Source: Eledone cirrhosa (Eukaryota). From it: a stretch of DNA of 64,000 nt. The stretch spans positions 3,410,001-3,474,000 of the forward strand of contig OZ024761.1 of NCBI GenBank assembly GCA_964016885.1, given 5' to 3'. A model generated the notes under the pieces. That model had not been told where the DNA came from, searched no databases, and worked only from the letters and a program-made list of their open reading frames with translations. The position numbers and the translations under genes are program-made. Of the stretch, positions 51,207 to 61,329 are shown in pieces. Within the stretch, counting starts at the first letter, position 1. Each line of letters opens with the position of its first letter.

Positions 51207-54200
51207 ATGGCTGATATAAGAGTTGGGTGTCTGAATGTACGTGGCCTGGGACTGTCTTGGAAACAAGGCAAACTTTTAAACGATCTCAGGTCGCATAGAA
51301 TGGATGTAATGGCTATTTGCGAGTCCAGGATCAGCAGCGAGCACCAACTGGCGCCCCTCTTCGACGACTTTGAGATCTTCGCATCTCTCTGTCAACCGGG
51401 GGGTGGGGGTGGAGTTGTCGTTCTGCTGCGAAAACACCTGGGCCTCGCCATACAGAAGGTACACCTGGACCCGGAGGGTCGACTGGTGGTTTTAGACGTC
51501 GGCAGTAGTGAAAGTGGAGCCCTTAGACTAATAGCTGTGTACGCCCCTTTTTGGGCAGCGCGGCCGGAATACTTCCAACGTCTGGAAACTTTTCTGGGAA
51601 CGTCCCGCTCCTTGCTTTTAGTGGGGGACTGGAATGGTATCCTGGATGCACGTTGGGACTATGTAGGGGCATGTGCCAATAGAGGGGGGTGTAAAAGCCT
51701 CAAAAGGTTAATCGGCCGATTTGACCTGGCCGATAGATATCGACTAGATTTTCCGACTGTACCACTATGGACGTGGACCAATCGCAGTGGAACATCTAGG
51801 TCGTACCTAGATAGGGTCCTAGTTAGAGAGAACGATAGGGACACATTTAGCTGTCCAAAAATGTTCATGGTTGACTATTCGGATCACAAGTTAGTGACCT
51901 GCATAGCCAACCTTGATAGAACCCATAGACAGGGACCCGGTTACTGGAAGCTGAACTTGTCCTTACCGAGAAGCAAAGCTTACAGTAAACGGATTAGCAC
52001 GTTAGTTAAGCAGAGTTTGACAGGGGCAATTGTCAACAACAGGTGGTGGAGCTCTCTTAAGAGAGCAATTAGAATAGAATCGATAGGTTTTAGTCAGGAA
52101 TTAGCAAGGGATAGGAACAAGACGGAAAGGGAATTAGTAGATAGAGTAGAAGAGGCGATTAGGAGTGGCAATGTAGCCGGCGTGCTGGCATCAAGAATGG
52201 CCTTAGACCAGTTCTTTGAGGTGAAGCATGAAGGCTGCGTTGTCAGGAGTAAAATACGTGCTCTGGGTAATGAGGGAGCCAAAGCTGTGAGCTGGGCCCG
52301 AGTGACAGAGGCAAAAAGTGGGAACAAGTCCACGATTCGGTCTTTGAAGGACCAGGATGGGCGTGTGATCCTTGAACCTGGGCAGATGTGTGCGGCCTTT
52401 CAGCGGCACTTTGCACGACTGTTCGAGAGGGGCGGCGCGCCGGGTGAGACTATGGATTTCAATCCATACCTCGACGGTCTGCCGCGCCTCTCGGACGCGG
52501 AGGCGAAGTCCTGCGAAAGGACGATTTCAGCTGCTGAGATAGGAGCGGCGCTGAGCCAATGCGGCAAACGCAAATCCCCGGGTCTCGATGGTCTACCATA
52601 CGAGCTATATGTAGCGATGCCGGACTTGTTCTCCGATATCCTCGAAGCGGTCTACTGCAACTGGCAGCAGAACGGGAGAATTCCCAGTTCTGTGACCAAG
52701 GGCGTAGTTACGCTGGTGAGGAAGGATGAGAACAAGGGGGATGACATAAGTAACTTTAGGCCCATAACTCTGCTAAATACAGAGTTAAAGATTTTGGCCA
52801 AGGTGTTAGCGAAGAGGTTGGCGCTTGTCGTTGGAAACCTGGTGGGAGAAGCGCAGACATGCGCAATCCCGTCCAGGTCCATTCACGACAATCTCCACCT
52901 TATGCGATACATCATAGAGAGGGTAGGGAATGAACCCGGCTTTGGTGGGGCCCTGATCAACTTGGATCAATCTAAAGCTTTCGATAGGGTTGACCATCGT
53001 TACCTGGATGCGGTGCTCGCGGCGGCAGGCTTCGGACCCGTTTTCAGGGGTTGGATTGCTGCGATGCACAGCAGCAACGTCTGCTCAAGGGTCAAGGTGA
53101 ACGGCCACCTCTCGGAGCCGTTCCAAATCATGCGATCCATCCGACAGGGATGCCCTCTCTCCTCCCTACTGTATGTGCTGGCTCTTGAGCCACTACTGCG
53201 GAAGTTGGAGCGGTTGCAGGGCATCCCTTTGGAACCGGGATTGCAGAAAGCGGCGTCGGCCTACGCCGATGACGTGACAGTAATGGTGTCGAAAACCTCG
53301 CAAATCGGTGAGATCGGCACCTTACTGGAGGAATATGAAAGGTTTACAGGAGCCAAGCTGAACCGGGACAAGTCCGTCGGTTTGCAACTCGGAACATGGA
53401 GAGGCAAACCGATGCCCTCCAACGACGTCGTCGGACGCTGGACGGAGGGCCCGGTGAAGCTGCTTGGGGTCTGGTTCGGACCAGACCTCCAGGTGGAGAA
53501 AAACTGGAACGAGGTAACGGCCAGGGTGTTTGCACTCACCCAGAAGTGGGCCCAGTGCAAACTATCCCTGAAAGGTCGAGCGGAGGTGGCGAATACTTAT
53601 ATAGCATCCGTCATCTACTACCGCTTGACCGTCGTGCCTTGCCCAGTGAAAAGACTCGCCAAAATGGAGTGCGCGCTGTTCCAATTTCTTTGGAACAAGC
53701 GGACCCCTTTGGTGAGGAGATCCATCTGCTGTCAACACCCTTCGAAAGGAGGGCTGGGGATGCCGTGGCTACAGATGCGTAAACACGCATTAAGGCTACG
53801 GCACCTCCAGGTATTCCTCACCGGTCAACCGGTGTGGGCCCCGTTTGTGAGGCGAGCCTTTCCCAGACTCGTCTCGCTCACCGAGCTGCAATCCTGGGTC
53901 AAGCAAAGACCGAGAAAAGTGGGCGACTGGCACATTGAATGTGCCCAGGCGCTCACGGCCCTCTGGAAAGCGGACCCGGCAATCAGTGGAGACTCCACGT
54001 CGACATTCTATAGAGGGTTGGTACGCAGCAGGTGCGACGATGCTCTCGGAGAAGCTCTAGGCATGGAGGAAGATGAACTGGCCAGTCTGTTCGGTAGGAC
54101 GTTTGGCCCTGGACCGATGGACAACTTCCAAAAGTCCCTGGCTTGGCAGTGCTACCGAGGGGCTCTACCCGTTCGAGACAAGCTCCACAGGCATGGGAGC

Positions 54201-54644
54201 CTGGGTAGAGATCCTTTGAATAAGATCTGTCCGAGATGCGTGCATGATGACGAAACCGTTGCGCACGCATTCGTACACTGCCCAGGCATTGCTGACCTGT
54301 GGGGCTATGTGGAACGACTACTGTCGAGGGTGGGACCAATCCGGTTGACCACCGAGTCCATTGTCACGATCAAACCGCCTCCCCCTTTCAAAAACGAAGG
54401 AGAGGCGGTTTTTCTCTGTGTGGTAGTCATGGCTAAAGAAGTTGTATGGTGGACGAGGCTGAAAGGGCTGAGGTCAGAGACCTTTCTCTCCGGCCAACAA
54501 CTGGTCCCCTTTTTCAAATACCATTTTAAAAGAAGGATCAGAATGGAGAGAGAGGTGCTCTACCCCAGCAAGTTTTATGAAAGGTGGGTGAAAGTAGGGA
54601 GAATGGCCAGAGTGAATGGGTCTTCTCTCTATATCAGCCTGTAG
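51207..54644 (+). CDS. LINE ORF2p: AP-like endonuclease, reverse transcriptase and C-terminal zinc finger, 1145 aa
   Basis: LNVRG, GDWN, SDH; GPGYWKLN; KSPGLDG, FRPITLLN, KAFDRV, RQGCPLS, YADD; CPRC..ETVAHAFVHC. Confidence 0.96.
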   Translation: MADIRVGCLNVRGLGLSWKQGKLLNDLRSHRMDVMAICESRISSEHQLAPLFDDFEIFASLCQPGGGGGVVVLLRKHLGLAIQKVHLDPEGRLVVLDVGSSESGALRLIAVYAPFWAARPEYFQRLETFLGTSRSLLLVGDWNGILDARWDYVGACANRGGCKSLKRLIGRFDLADRYRLDFPTVPLWTWTNRSGTSRSYLDRVLVRENDRDTFSCPKMFMVDYSDHKLVTCIANLDRTHRQGPGYWKLNLSLPRSKAYSKRISTLVKQSLTGAIVNNRWWSSLKRAIRIESIGFSQELARDRNKTERELVDRVEEAIRSGNVAGVLASRMALDQFFEVKHEGCVVRSKIRALGNEGAKAVSWARVTEAKSGNKSTIRSLKDQDGRVILEPGQMCAAFQRHFARLFERGGAPGETMDFNPYLDGLPRLSDAEAKSCERTISAAEIGAALSQCGKRKSPGLDGLPYELYVAMPDLFSDILEAVYCNWQQNGRIPSSVTKGVVTLVRKDENKGDDISNFRPITLLNTELKILAKVLAKRLALVVGNLVGEAQTCAIPSRSIHDNLHLMRYIIERVGNEPGFGGALINLDQSKAFDRVDHRYLDAVLAAAGFGPVFRGWIAAMHSSNVCSRVKVNGHLSEPFQIMRSIRQGCPLSSLLYVLALEPLLRKLERLQGIPLEPGLQKAASAYADDVTVMVSKTSQIGEIGTLLEEYERFTGAKLNRDKSVGLQLGTWRGKPMPSNDVVGRWTEGPVKLLGVWFGPDLQVEKNWNEVTARVFALTQKWAQCKLSLKGRAEVANTYIASVIYYRLTVVPCPVKRLAKMECALFQFLWNKRTPLVRRSICCQHPSKGGLGMPWLQMRKHALRLRHLQVFLTGQPVWAPFVRRAFPRLVSLTELQSWVKQRPRKVGDWHIECAQALTALWKADPAISGDSTSTFYRGLVRSRCDDALGEALGMEEDELASLFGRTFGPGPMDNFQKSLAWQCYRGALPVRDKLHRHGSLGRDPLNKICPRCVHDDETVAHAFVHCPGIADLWGYVERLLSRVGPIRLTTESIVTIKPPPPFKNEGEAVFLCVVVMAKEVVWWTRLKGLRSETFLSGQQLVPFFKYHFKRRIRMEREVLYPSKFYERWVKVGRMARVNGSSLYISL

Positions 54645-54881
54645 GTGAAAGAAGAGGAAAAAGAGGAGACGAGGGAAGCACCTACTCTTTGTGCTCCTGA
54701 GGAGAAGGGTTACACATTTTTTCCGGGGTGTGTGCGACCCATGTTAATGCCCCCTCCCTATTGAGGACTTCGTTTGTTGTTGTTATTTCATTGTTATATT
54801 TTTGTACTCGTTAATTATATGTAAACTTCCCCCCTTGTATCTGTCCCTACCTTTTGTGCCCTAGTGGCAAATAAAGAAACC

Positions 54882-55150
54882 ACTCTATATATACTATTGT
54901 ATTTTCACAGTAAAGGCTTTACCTCACATAATATCTCACATAACATTTACATTACTCTATATATACTATTGTATTTTCACAGTAAAGGCTTTACCTCACA
55001 TAATATCTCACATAACATTTACATTACTCTATATATACTATTGTATTTTCACAGTAAAGGCTTTACCTCACATAATATCTCACATAACATTTACATTACT
55101 CTATATATACTATTGTATTATCACAGTAAAGGCTTTACCTCACATAATAT
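54882..55150. repeat. 72-bp tandem array, right part (about 3.7 units)
   Basis: Same unit resumes after the LINE. Confidence 0.95.
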
Positions 55151-55399
55151 TGAATCTATGAGATTTTGATATTATATATTTTGAGAATAATACCTTAACA
55201 TCAGTATGAATGGTAGTTACAGCCGGTTTGAACAAAAAGAGGTGAGAGAATTCTGGCTGAATATGGCCGGTTTAAATGTTAAAGAGTTAAGAATAACAAC
55301 AAAAATATACAATAATAAATTCTATAAAATGTACACAATGCAGATCTTGGGTACACAAGAGATGTGGTGGGATAGCAGGCAAACTAACAGGTAGGGAAA

Positions 55400-55850
55400 A
55401 CTAGATATGCAGTAGATGTACAGGTAAAGTTGACAGTAGAAGTGTCAGTGATAGACACATTTTTCAAATATAGGTGGGATCTATAGAGGTGGTTGATAGC
55501 TTCCGGTACCTTGGAGATCAGATTAGCATGGGAGGAGGGTGCTCCGAGGCCATAGTATCTAGAATAAGGACAGGATGGAAGAAGTTTCAGGAGCTGCTCC
55601 CTTTGTTGACAAAGAAGAGTTTCTCCCTGCGTACGAAAGGCCAGTTATATGATGCCTGTGTGGGGTGCACGATGCTGCATGGTAGTGAGACATGGGCAGC
55701 AACTGCGGAAGATGTGTGATGGCTGGAGAGAAATGAAGCAAGCATGCTCTGTTGGATGTGCAATGTCAATGTGCGTGAACGCCAAGCATAGATGAGTTGA
55801 GAGAGAAACTGGGTATAAGAGGGATAAGTTGTAGTGAACAAGATAGTGTA
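55400..55850 (+). mobile_element. Decayed RTE-clade LINE fragment (post-RT)
   Basis: IEVVDSFRYLGD..RIRTGWKKFQELLPLL..MLHGSETW. Confidence 0.85.
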
Positions 55851-55886
55851 GGACAGAACAAAGGAGAGACACACAATAAAAACTTA

Positions 55887-55929
55887 GTCACTGAGGAGGT
55901 CACAGAATGTGTGACAAAAGAGCTTTGAC
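55887..55929 (+). ncRNA. Decayed hammerhead ribozyme motif
   Basis: GTCA-CTGAGGA-GGTCACAGAATGTGTGAC-AAAA(GAAA mutated)-GAGCTT-TGAC. Confidence 0.5.
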
Positions 55930-56245
55930 AATATATGGTTGTGGTGGTGTTGATGGTAGTAGTGGTGGTGGTGGTGGTATGATGGTGGTGTTGATGGTAG
56001 TAGTGGTGGTGATGGTAGTGGTGGTGGTGGTGGTGGTGGTATGGTCCTTTGTTGTCTGCTGTGAATGGAACCGGTGAAACTAAGAATGGTTTGAAAGCTG
56101 TCTTGTCTGGTTTACAATAAACACAACCAATGCTGGGTCTGGGATCAATAACCAATATTGTCCCCAACACCACAACAACAACACTGAAGGAGAGGAAGAA
56201 AGAAAGAAGGAAAGAAAGAAAAGAAAAGAAAAGAAAAGAAAAGAA

Positions 56246-56285
<40 letters not shown>

Positions 56286-56402
56286 AGCAAAGAAAAATTA
56301 CTAAAAAAGTCTAAAATAAAAAAACAGCAGATGTAAAGAAATGAAACAAATGACATAAACATTATTTATACCTTATTTGTCAGGTAAACACTTTCACAGG
56401 TA

Positions 56403-56560
56403 GATACTACCACTACTACTACCACTACTACTACTGGTGGTGGCACTGCTTCCACCACTACTACTGCTACTACCACTACTACTACTAGCACTACTACTAC
56501 TACCACTACCACTACTAGCACTACTACTACTGGTGGTTCTACTACTATTACCACTACTAT

Positions 56561-56593
<33 letters not shown>

Positions 56594-56650
56594 CACCACT
56601 ACTACCACTGCTGCTACTACTACTAACACTACTACCACTACTACTCCTCC
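56403..56650. repeat. (ACT/ACC)n repeat; (GAAA)n at 56190-56290; (TA)n at 56755-56950
   Basis: Direct reading. Confidence 0.93.
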
Positions 56651-56751
56651 TCCATCTTCTGTATAATCAATACCACCACCACCACCAAAGATATAAACAT
56701 TTGCCAGCTACCCACTTTCTCACAGTTACGTTCATTCATCTTTTGTGATAG

Positions 56752-56931
<180 letters not shown>

Positions 56932-56951
56932 TTATATATATATATATATAA

Positions 56952-57285
56952 GGAGGCACATGGCTTAGTGGTTAGAGCATTGGCCTTGCAATCGAAAGGT
57001 TGTGAGTTCAATTCTCAGACCGGGTGATGTGTTGTGTCCTTGAGCAAGACACTTTATTTCACATTGCTCCAGTTTACTCAGCTGTAGAAATGAGATGATA
57101 GGGACTGGGGTCCCTATCATTCCACTGTAAAGTGGTCGTGGAGGTGCCACGGCAAAAAAAAAAAAGCACCCAGCACTCACTGTAAATGAGGTTGGTGTTA
57201 GGAAGGGCATCCATATGTAGAAATCAAGCCAGAATCAGTTTCCGTCCCACCCTTCCAAAAAGCGGACGTAAAATGAAATGATGAT
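56952..57285 (+). mobile_element. Complete tRNA/CORE-like SINE with internal hairpin and RTE-type tail
   Basis: A-box TGGCTTAGTGG, B-box GAGTTCAATTC, CCTTGAGCAAGACACTT, hairpin 57095-57120, tail GTTGGTGTTAGGAAGGGCATCC..GACGTAAAATG. Confidence 0.88.
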
Positions 57286-57689
57286 ATATATATCATCATA
57301 TGAAAGAGTCAGGACCCCAACAGCTGAGTTCTTGCAGTTTCTGGCTGTTGAAACAGCAAGAACTCAGCTGTTGCAGTACCAGCTCCTTCATATTAACCAC
57401 TCTACTATCCCTAGTATCAAGTACTCTGATGAGTAATGGTCTAACTGGTTTTTACTACATTTATTTTTTTTGTGTATATATATTTAATTACATAATAATC
57501 ATCTTCTTCCAACAGTTTAATTTAAATAAATCGTTATCTTTTCAACCTTTCAGACACTCATTTGCATACTCACTCATAATTTTCTATCACTCTCAATAAA
57601 TCTACTATCTCCACTATCCAGGAAGCTCCAACCGTTAAGGTTGTCTTTTTTTTCCGGGTATGTCAATATTTATTTATAAAACAAATCTG

Positions 57690-57755
57690 TATTTTATCTG
57701 ATGAAAGCGCACCATAATTTGCCTTGGTTGCCCTTGAAATATTTATAATAAAATA
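57690..57755 (+). ncRNA. Type-I hammerhead ribozyme motif
   Basis: TATTTTAT-CTGATGA-stem II-GAA-ATATTTAT-A-ATAAAATA. Confidence 0.68.
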
Positions 57756-58084
57756 AATATGGTTTTATAAGTATAGTTTCCATTTATTAATATAGTGTAT
57801 ATATATATATATATATATATTCCAACCCTCCTGTCCCCTCAATCTATCTTCTTTCTCATTCTTTCTTCTGATGAAGGACTAGCATCTGAAACATTAAGAC
57901 CCTCTTCCTGCTATATCAAGTGTTAACCTAATATATACCTTCCATATACTGTACTGATTGTGTTGTTATTTCTGTTTACCTTTTACATACATATACATAT
58001 TTAATTACATAATAAATATATATACATATATATTCCCACTCTTGCAAGCAGGGAAAAGCAGACGTAAAATGATAATGATGATGA

Positions 58085-58118
<34 letters not shown>

Positions 58119-58184
58119 GTAGGTCCCGGGTTGAGTCGGGGATAACCACAGTAAGTAAGGTACTCAATACATGGTAGAGTAAAA

Positions 58185-58313
58185 TTTTTTTATTTTATAG
58201 AAGGAGCTTCTACAGGACTAGTACTGTTTCATTCAGATGAAATCTTCAGGAAGCTCCTGAAGATTTCATCTGAATGAAACAGTACTAGTCCTGTAGAAGC
58301 GCCTTCTATAAAA

Positions 58314-58321
<8 letters not shown>
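58185..58321. repeat. Fold-back palindrome (67-bp arms, 3-nt spacer) with an HHR-like core in each arm
   Basis: Arms 58185-58251 and 58255-58321, one mismatch; CTGAAGA-TTTCATCTGAAT-GAAACAG. Confidence 0.9.
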
Positions 58322-58362
<41 letters not shown>

Positions 58363-58403
58363 ATGATATTAATAAGTGGAAACTATATTTATAAAACCAT
58401 ATT

Positions 58404-58464
58404 TATTCTATTATATATATTTCAAGGGTACCAAAATTTTGGTACGGTCTCATCAGATAAAATA
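58404..58464 (-). ncRNA. Type-I hammerhead ribozyme motif
   Basis: TATTTTAT-CTGATGA-GACC-GTACCAAAATTTTGGTAC-CCTT-GAA-ATATATAT-A-ATAGAATA; sister of 38372. Confidence 0.72.
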
Positions 58465-58534
58465 CAAAATTTGTTTCATAAATGGTGACATATCCAGGAT
58501 TCAGACTTTAATGGCTCAGGTTCAGTTTGGATAG

Positions 58535-58681
<147 letters not shown>

Positions 58682-58705
58682 CATATATGTGTATATATAT
58701 ATATA

Positions 58706-58757
<52 letters not shown>

Positions 58758-58841
58758 TGTGTATATATATATATATATATGTGTATATATATATATATAT
58801 ATGTGTATATATATATATATATATGTGTATATATATATATA

Positions 58842-58918
<77 letters not shown>

Positions 58919-58922
<4 letters not shown>

Positions 58923-59059
58923 TTAATATAGATGAGATTCTACAGGACTAGAACTGTTTCATTCTTTAGAAATCATCAGGAATCTCAGATTCAGATTCCT
59001 GATGATTTCTAAAGAATGAAACAGTTCTAGTCCTGTAGAATCTCATCTATATTAAAACT
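58919..59059. repeat. Fold-back palindrome (67-bp arms, 7-nt spacer) with an HHR-like core in each arm
   Basis: Arms 58919-58985 and 58993-59059; CTGATGA-TTTCTAAAGAAT-GAAACAG. Confidence 0.9.
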
Positions 59060-59125
59060 TTTATACTCTGCTATGTATTGAGTACCTTACTTACTGTGGT
59101 TACCTCCAATTCAACCCGGAATAAC

Positions 59126-59181
<56 letters not shown>

Positions 59182-59354
59182 TCTGAATTTGTTTAGCAAG
59201 ATTCTTTATCTGAAAACGTGTGTTGAAACCGATATTGTCATACTTTGGGAGGGTCATGTTGCCAATAAGAAACACACGCACCAGTCGCTTTCACTTCAAT
59301 TTATTATAAATTTCCGGTTGGTTGGTTCCACAACCGGACGGTTGTACTTATATT

Positions 59355-59397
59355 GTCAAAGTTCTTTCGTCGCACATTCTGTGACCTCTTCAGTGAC
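59355..59397 (-). ncRNA. Type-I hammerhead ribozyme motif inside inverted-arm cassette 59180-59780
   Basis: GTCA-CTGAAGA-G-GTCACAGAATGTGCGAC-GAA-AGAACT-T-TGAC; arms 59232-59360 and 59646-59778. Confidence 0.72.
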
Positions 59398-60240
59398 TGG
59401 GGATTCTTTTCTTTGTTTTGTGCCTCTCCTTTGTTCTGTCCTACGCCATCTTGTTTTCGTGTGTGTTGTGTGCTTAGTTTGCGCATGTGTTACATCCGGG
59501 TGTCTGTGTGTGTTTTTATATGTTTATTTATATGTTACTAGTTAGTTGTTTGTTCTATGTGTATATGTTTTCATTTTGTCCTTAATTGTGAGTTGTGATG
59601 TTGCTATTCCATTCATGTTTTCTATTTAATTTTGGTTGGAGTTCATTTGACAATATATGAACAACCGTCCGATTGTGGAACCAACCAACCAACCGGAAAC
59701 TTATAATAAATTGAAGTGAAAGCAACTGGTGCATGTGTTTCTTATTGGCAACATGACCCTCCCAAAGTATAACAATATATATATATATATATATATATAG
59801 TTAAATCTTAGACAGGAACAAAAACAGAGAGGCAGTACAAATATGAGTTTATTAGGTTCACGCTTTTGAGAGTGGGGGTGGGGAACCACGTTTCGGGCAT
59901 AAGCCCTTCATCAGGAGAAAAGTGGGTAGGAAGAGAGTTCCAAGGGTGTGCGGGGGAGTGGTGGAAAGACATTTAGAAAAAGGAGGGTAGAGAAAGGGGA
60001 GGAAAAACGATTTTAGAAGTACAAATAAAAATAAAAATAAAAATAAAAATAAAAATAAAAATAAACATAAAAATAAACAAGTGGTGGAAGGATATATATA
60101 TATATTTTTGTTTATACTCCAAGATTGAACAGGATTTACTAACCAGATTCTTGCAAACTTGTGGAGTTACCCCTAACTGTACGTTGGAAACCATCCAAAA
60201 AAAAGGGGCTATCTTAACCACGAATTGGATTACAATAAGC

Positions 60241-60314
<74 letters not shown>

Positions 60315-60669
60315 GAAGGAGCGTGGCTGAGTGAGTAGAGAATTGGATTCGTAATCATTAGGTTATGATTTTGAATCCCAGTGACTGATCAGTGGATCTG
60401 CTAATATGCAGATCTAACTGATCAGCCAGTTTGCTAATATGAAAATCAGGCCAATCAGTCACTGTATATTTCAGAAAATATCATATATTTTCACTAGCTC
60501 TGACAGTTGGCAGGTAATAAGTATACTGCACTGATGAAGGGTAATCACCCAGAAACATTAGTGGCTGCAGTTCTGTTTACATGCCAACACAAGAGTGAGA
60601 ATGAGGGGTTCATCCTACTGACATGGCTTTAAAAGAGGCTGTTTGCATAATTGCAAAGAAATTGAATAT

Positions 60670-60850
60670 TCGGTGAATTGGCAGTATCGGTAGAGGGTCG
60701 GACATGCTTTCCAGCATAGTTACATCCCTTTACGATCTGAGTTCAAATCCTGCCGAGGTTAACTTTGCCTTTCATCCTTACGGGGTCGATAAAACAAAGT
60801 ACCAGTAATGTACTGGGTAATTGCTGGCCTTGTGCCTAAAATAGAAACAA
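60670..60850 (+). mobile_element. tRNA-derived SINE (Deu/Nin-like) nested in an HHR-like cassette (60385-60920)
   Basis: The SINE interrupts a sequence otherwise collinear with the 21326-21747 family. Confidence 0.7.
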
Positions 60851-61187
60851 TTATTAATATTCGAAAAACTCAGATTATATTTATTCTATTCAGCCATGTA
60901 GAGCGATAAACTATTTGTTAGTTTTATATATATACACATCATCATCGTTTAACGTCCACTTTCCACGCTAGCATGGGTTTGACGGGTTGTCCCATTTGAG
61001 GCAAGCCGGGTCAGATGACCATGTCTTGCTCATATAGAACTGTTTTTGGCTAAGTTTCTATGGCTGGATGGCCTTCCTAACACCAACCACATCTACAGTG
61101 TGGACTGGGTGCTTTTTGTCATGTCTCCTACACAACCACTTTACAGTGTGGACTGGGTGCTTTTTGTGATACCAACATAACTTTAAA

Positions 61188-61236
<49 letters not shown>

Positions 61237-61329
61237 CATATATATCGGTATGCTAAATGAACTACACAGTTGGAGAGTCTGAGCACTCAATGATAATGTC
61301 AAAGATAAATTCACCTCCTGCTGCCGGAT

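Larger units (their letters stand above)
49253..54881 (+). mobile_element. Full-length L1/Tx1-clade non-LTR retrotransposon, both ORFs intact
   Basis: 5' UTR, ORF1 with CCHC knuckle, 21-nt spacer, ORF2 (APE-RT-Zn finger), 3' UTR with AATAAA at 54870. Confidence 0.93.
48162..55286. mobile_element. piggyBac-like non-autonomous element (TTAA flanks) hosting the 72-bp array and the LINE
   Basis: TTAA|CCCTTTAGCATTTA ... TAAATGTTAAAGAG|TTAA; 12/14 inverted match. Confidence 0.65.

Noticed and set aside
56952-57025. tRNA-like sequences (also 45860, 27808, 28135, 60315)
   Set aside because: Acceptor stems do not close and they continue into SINE bodies, so they are SINE heads, not tRNA genes.
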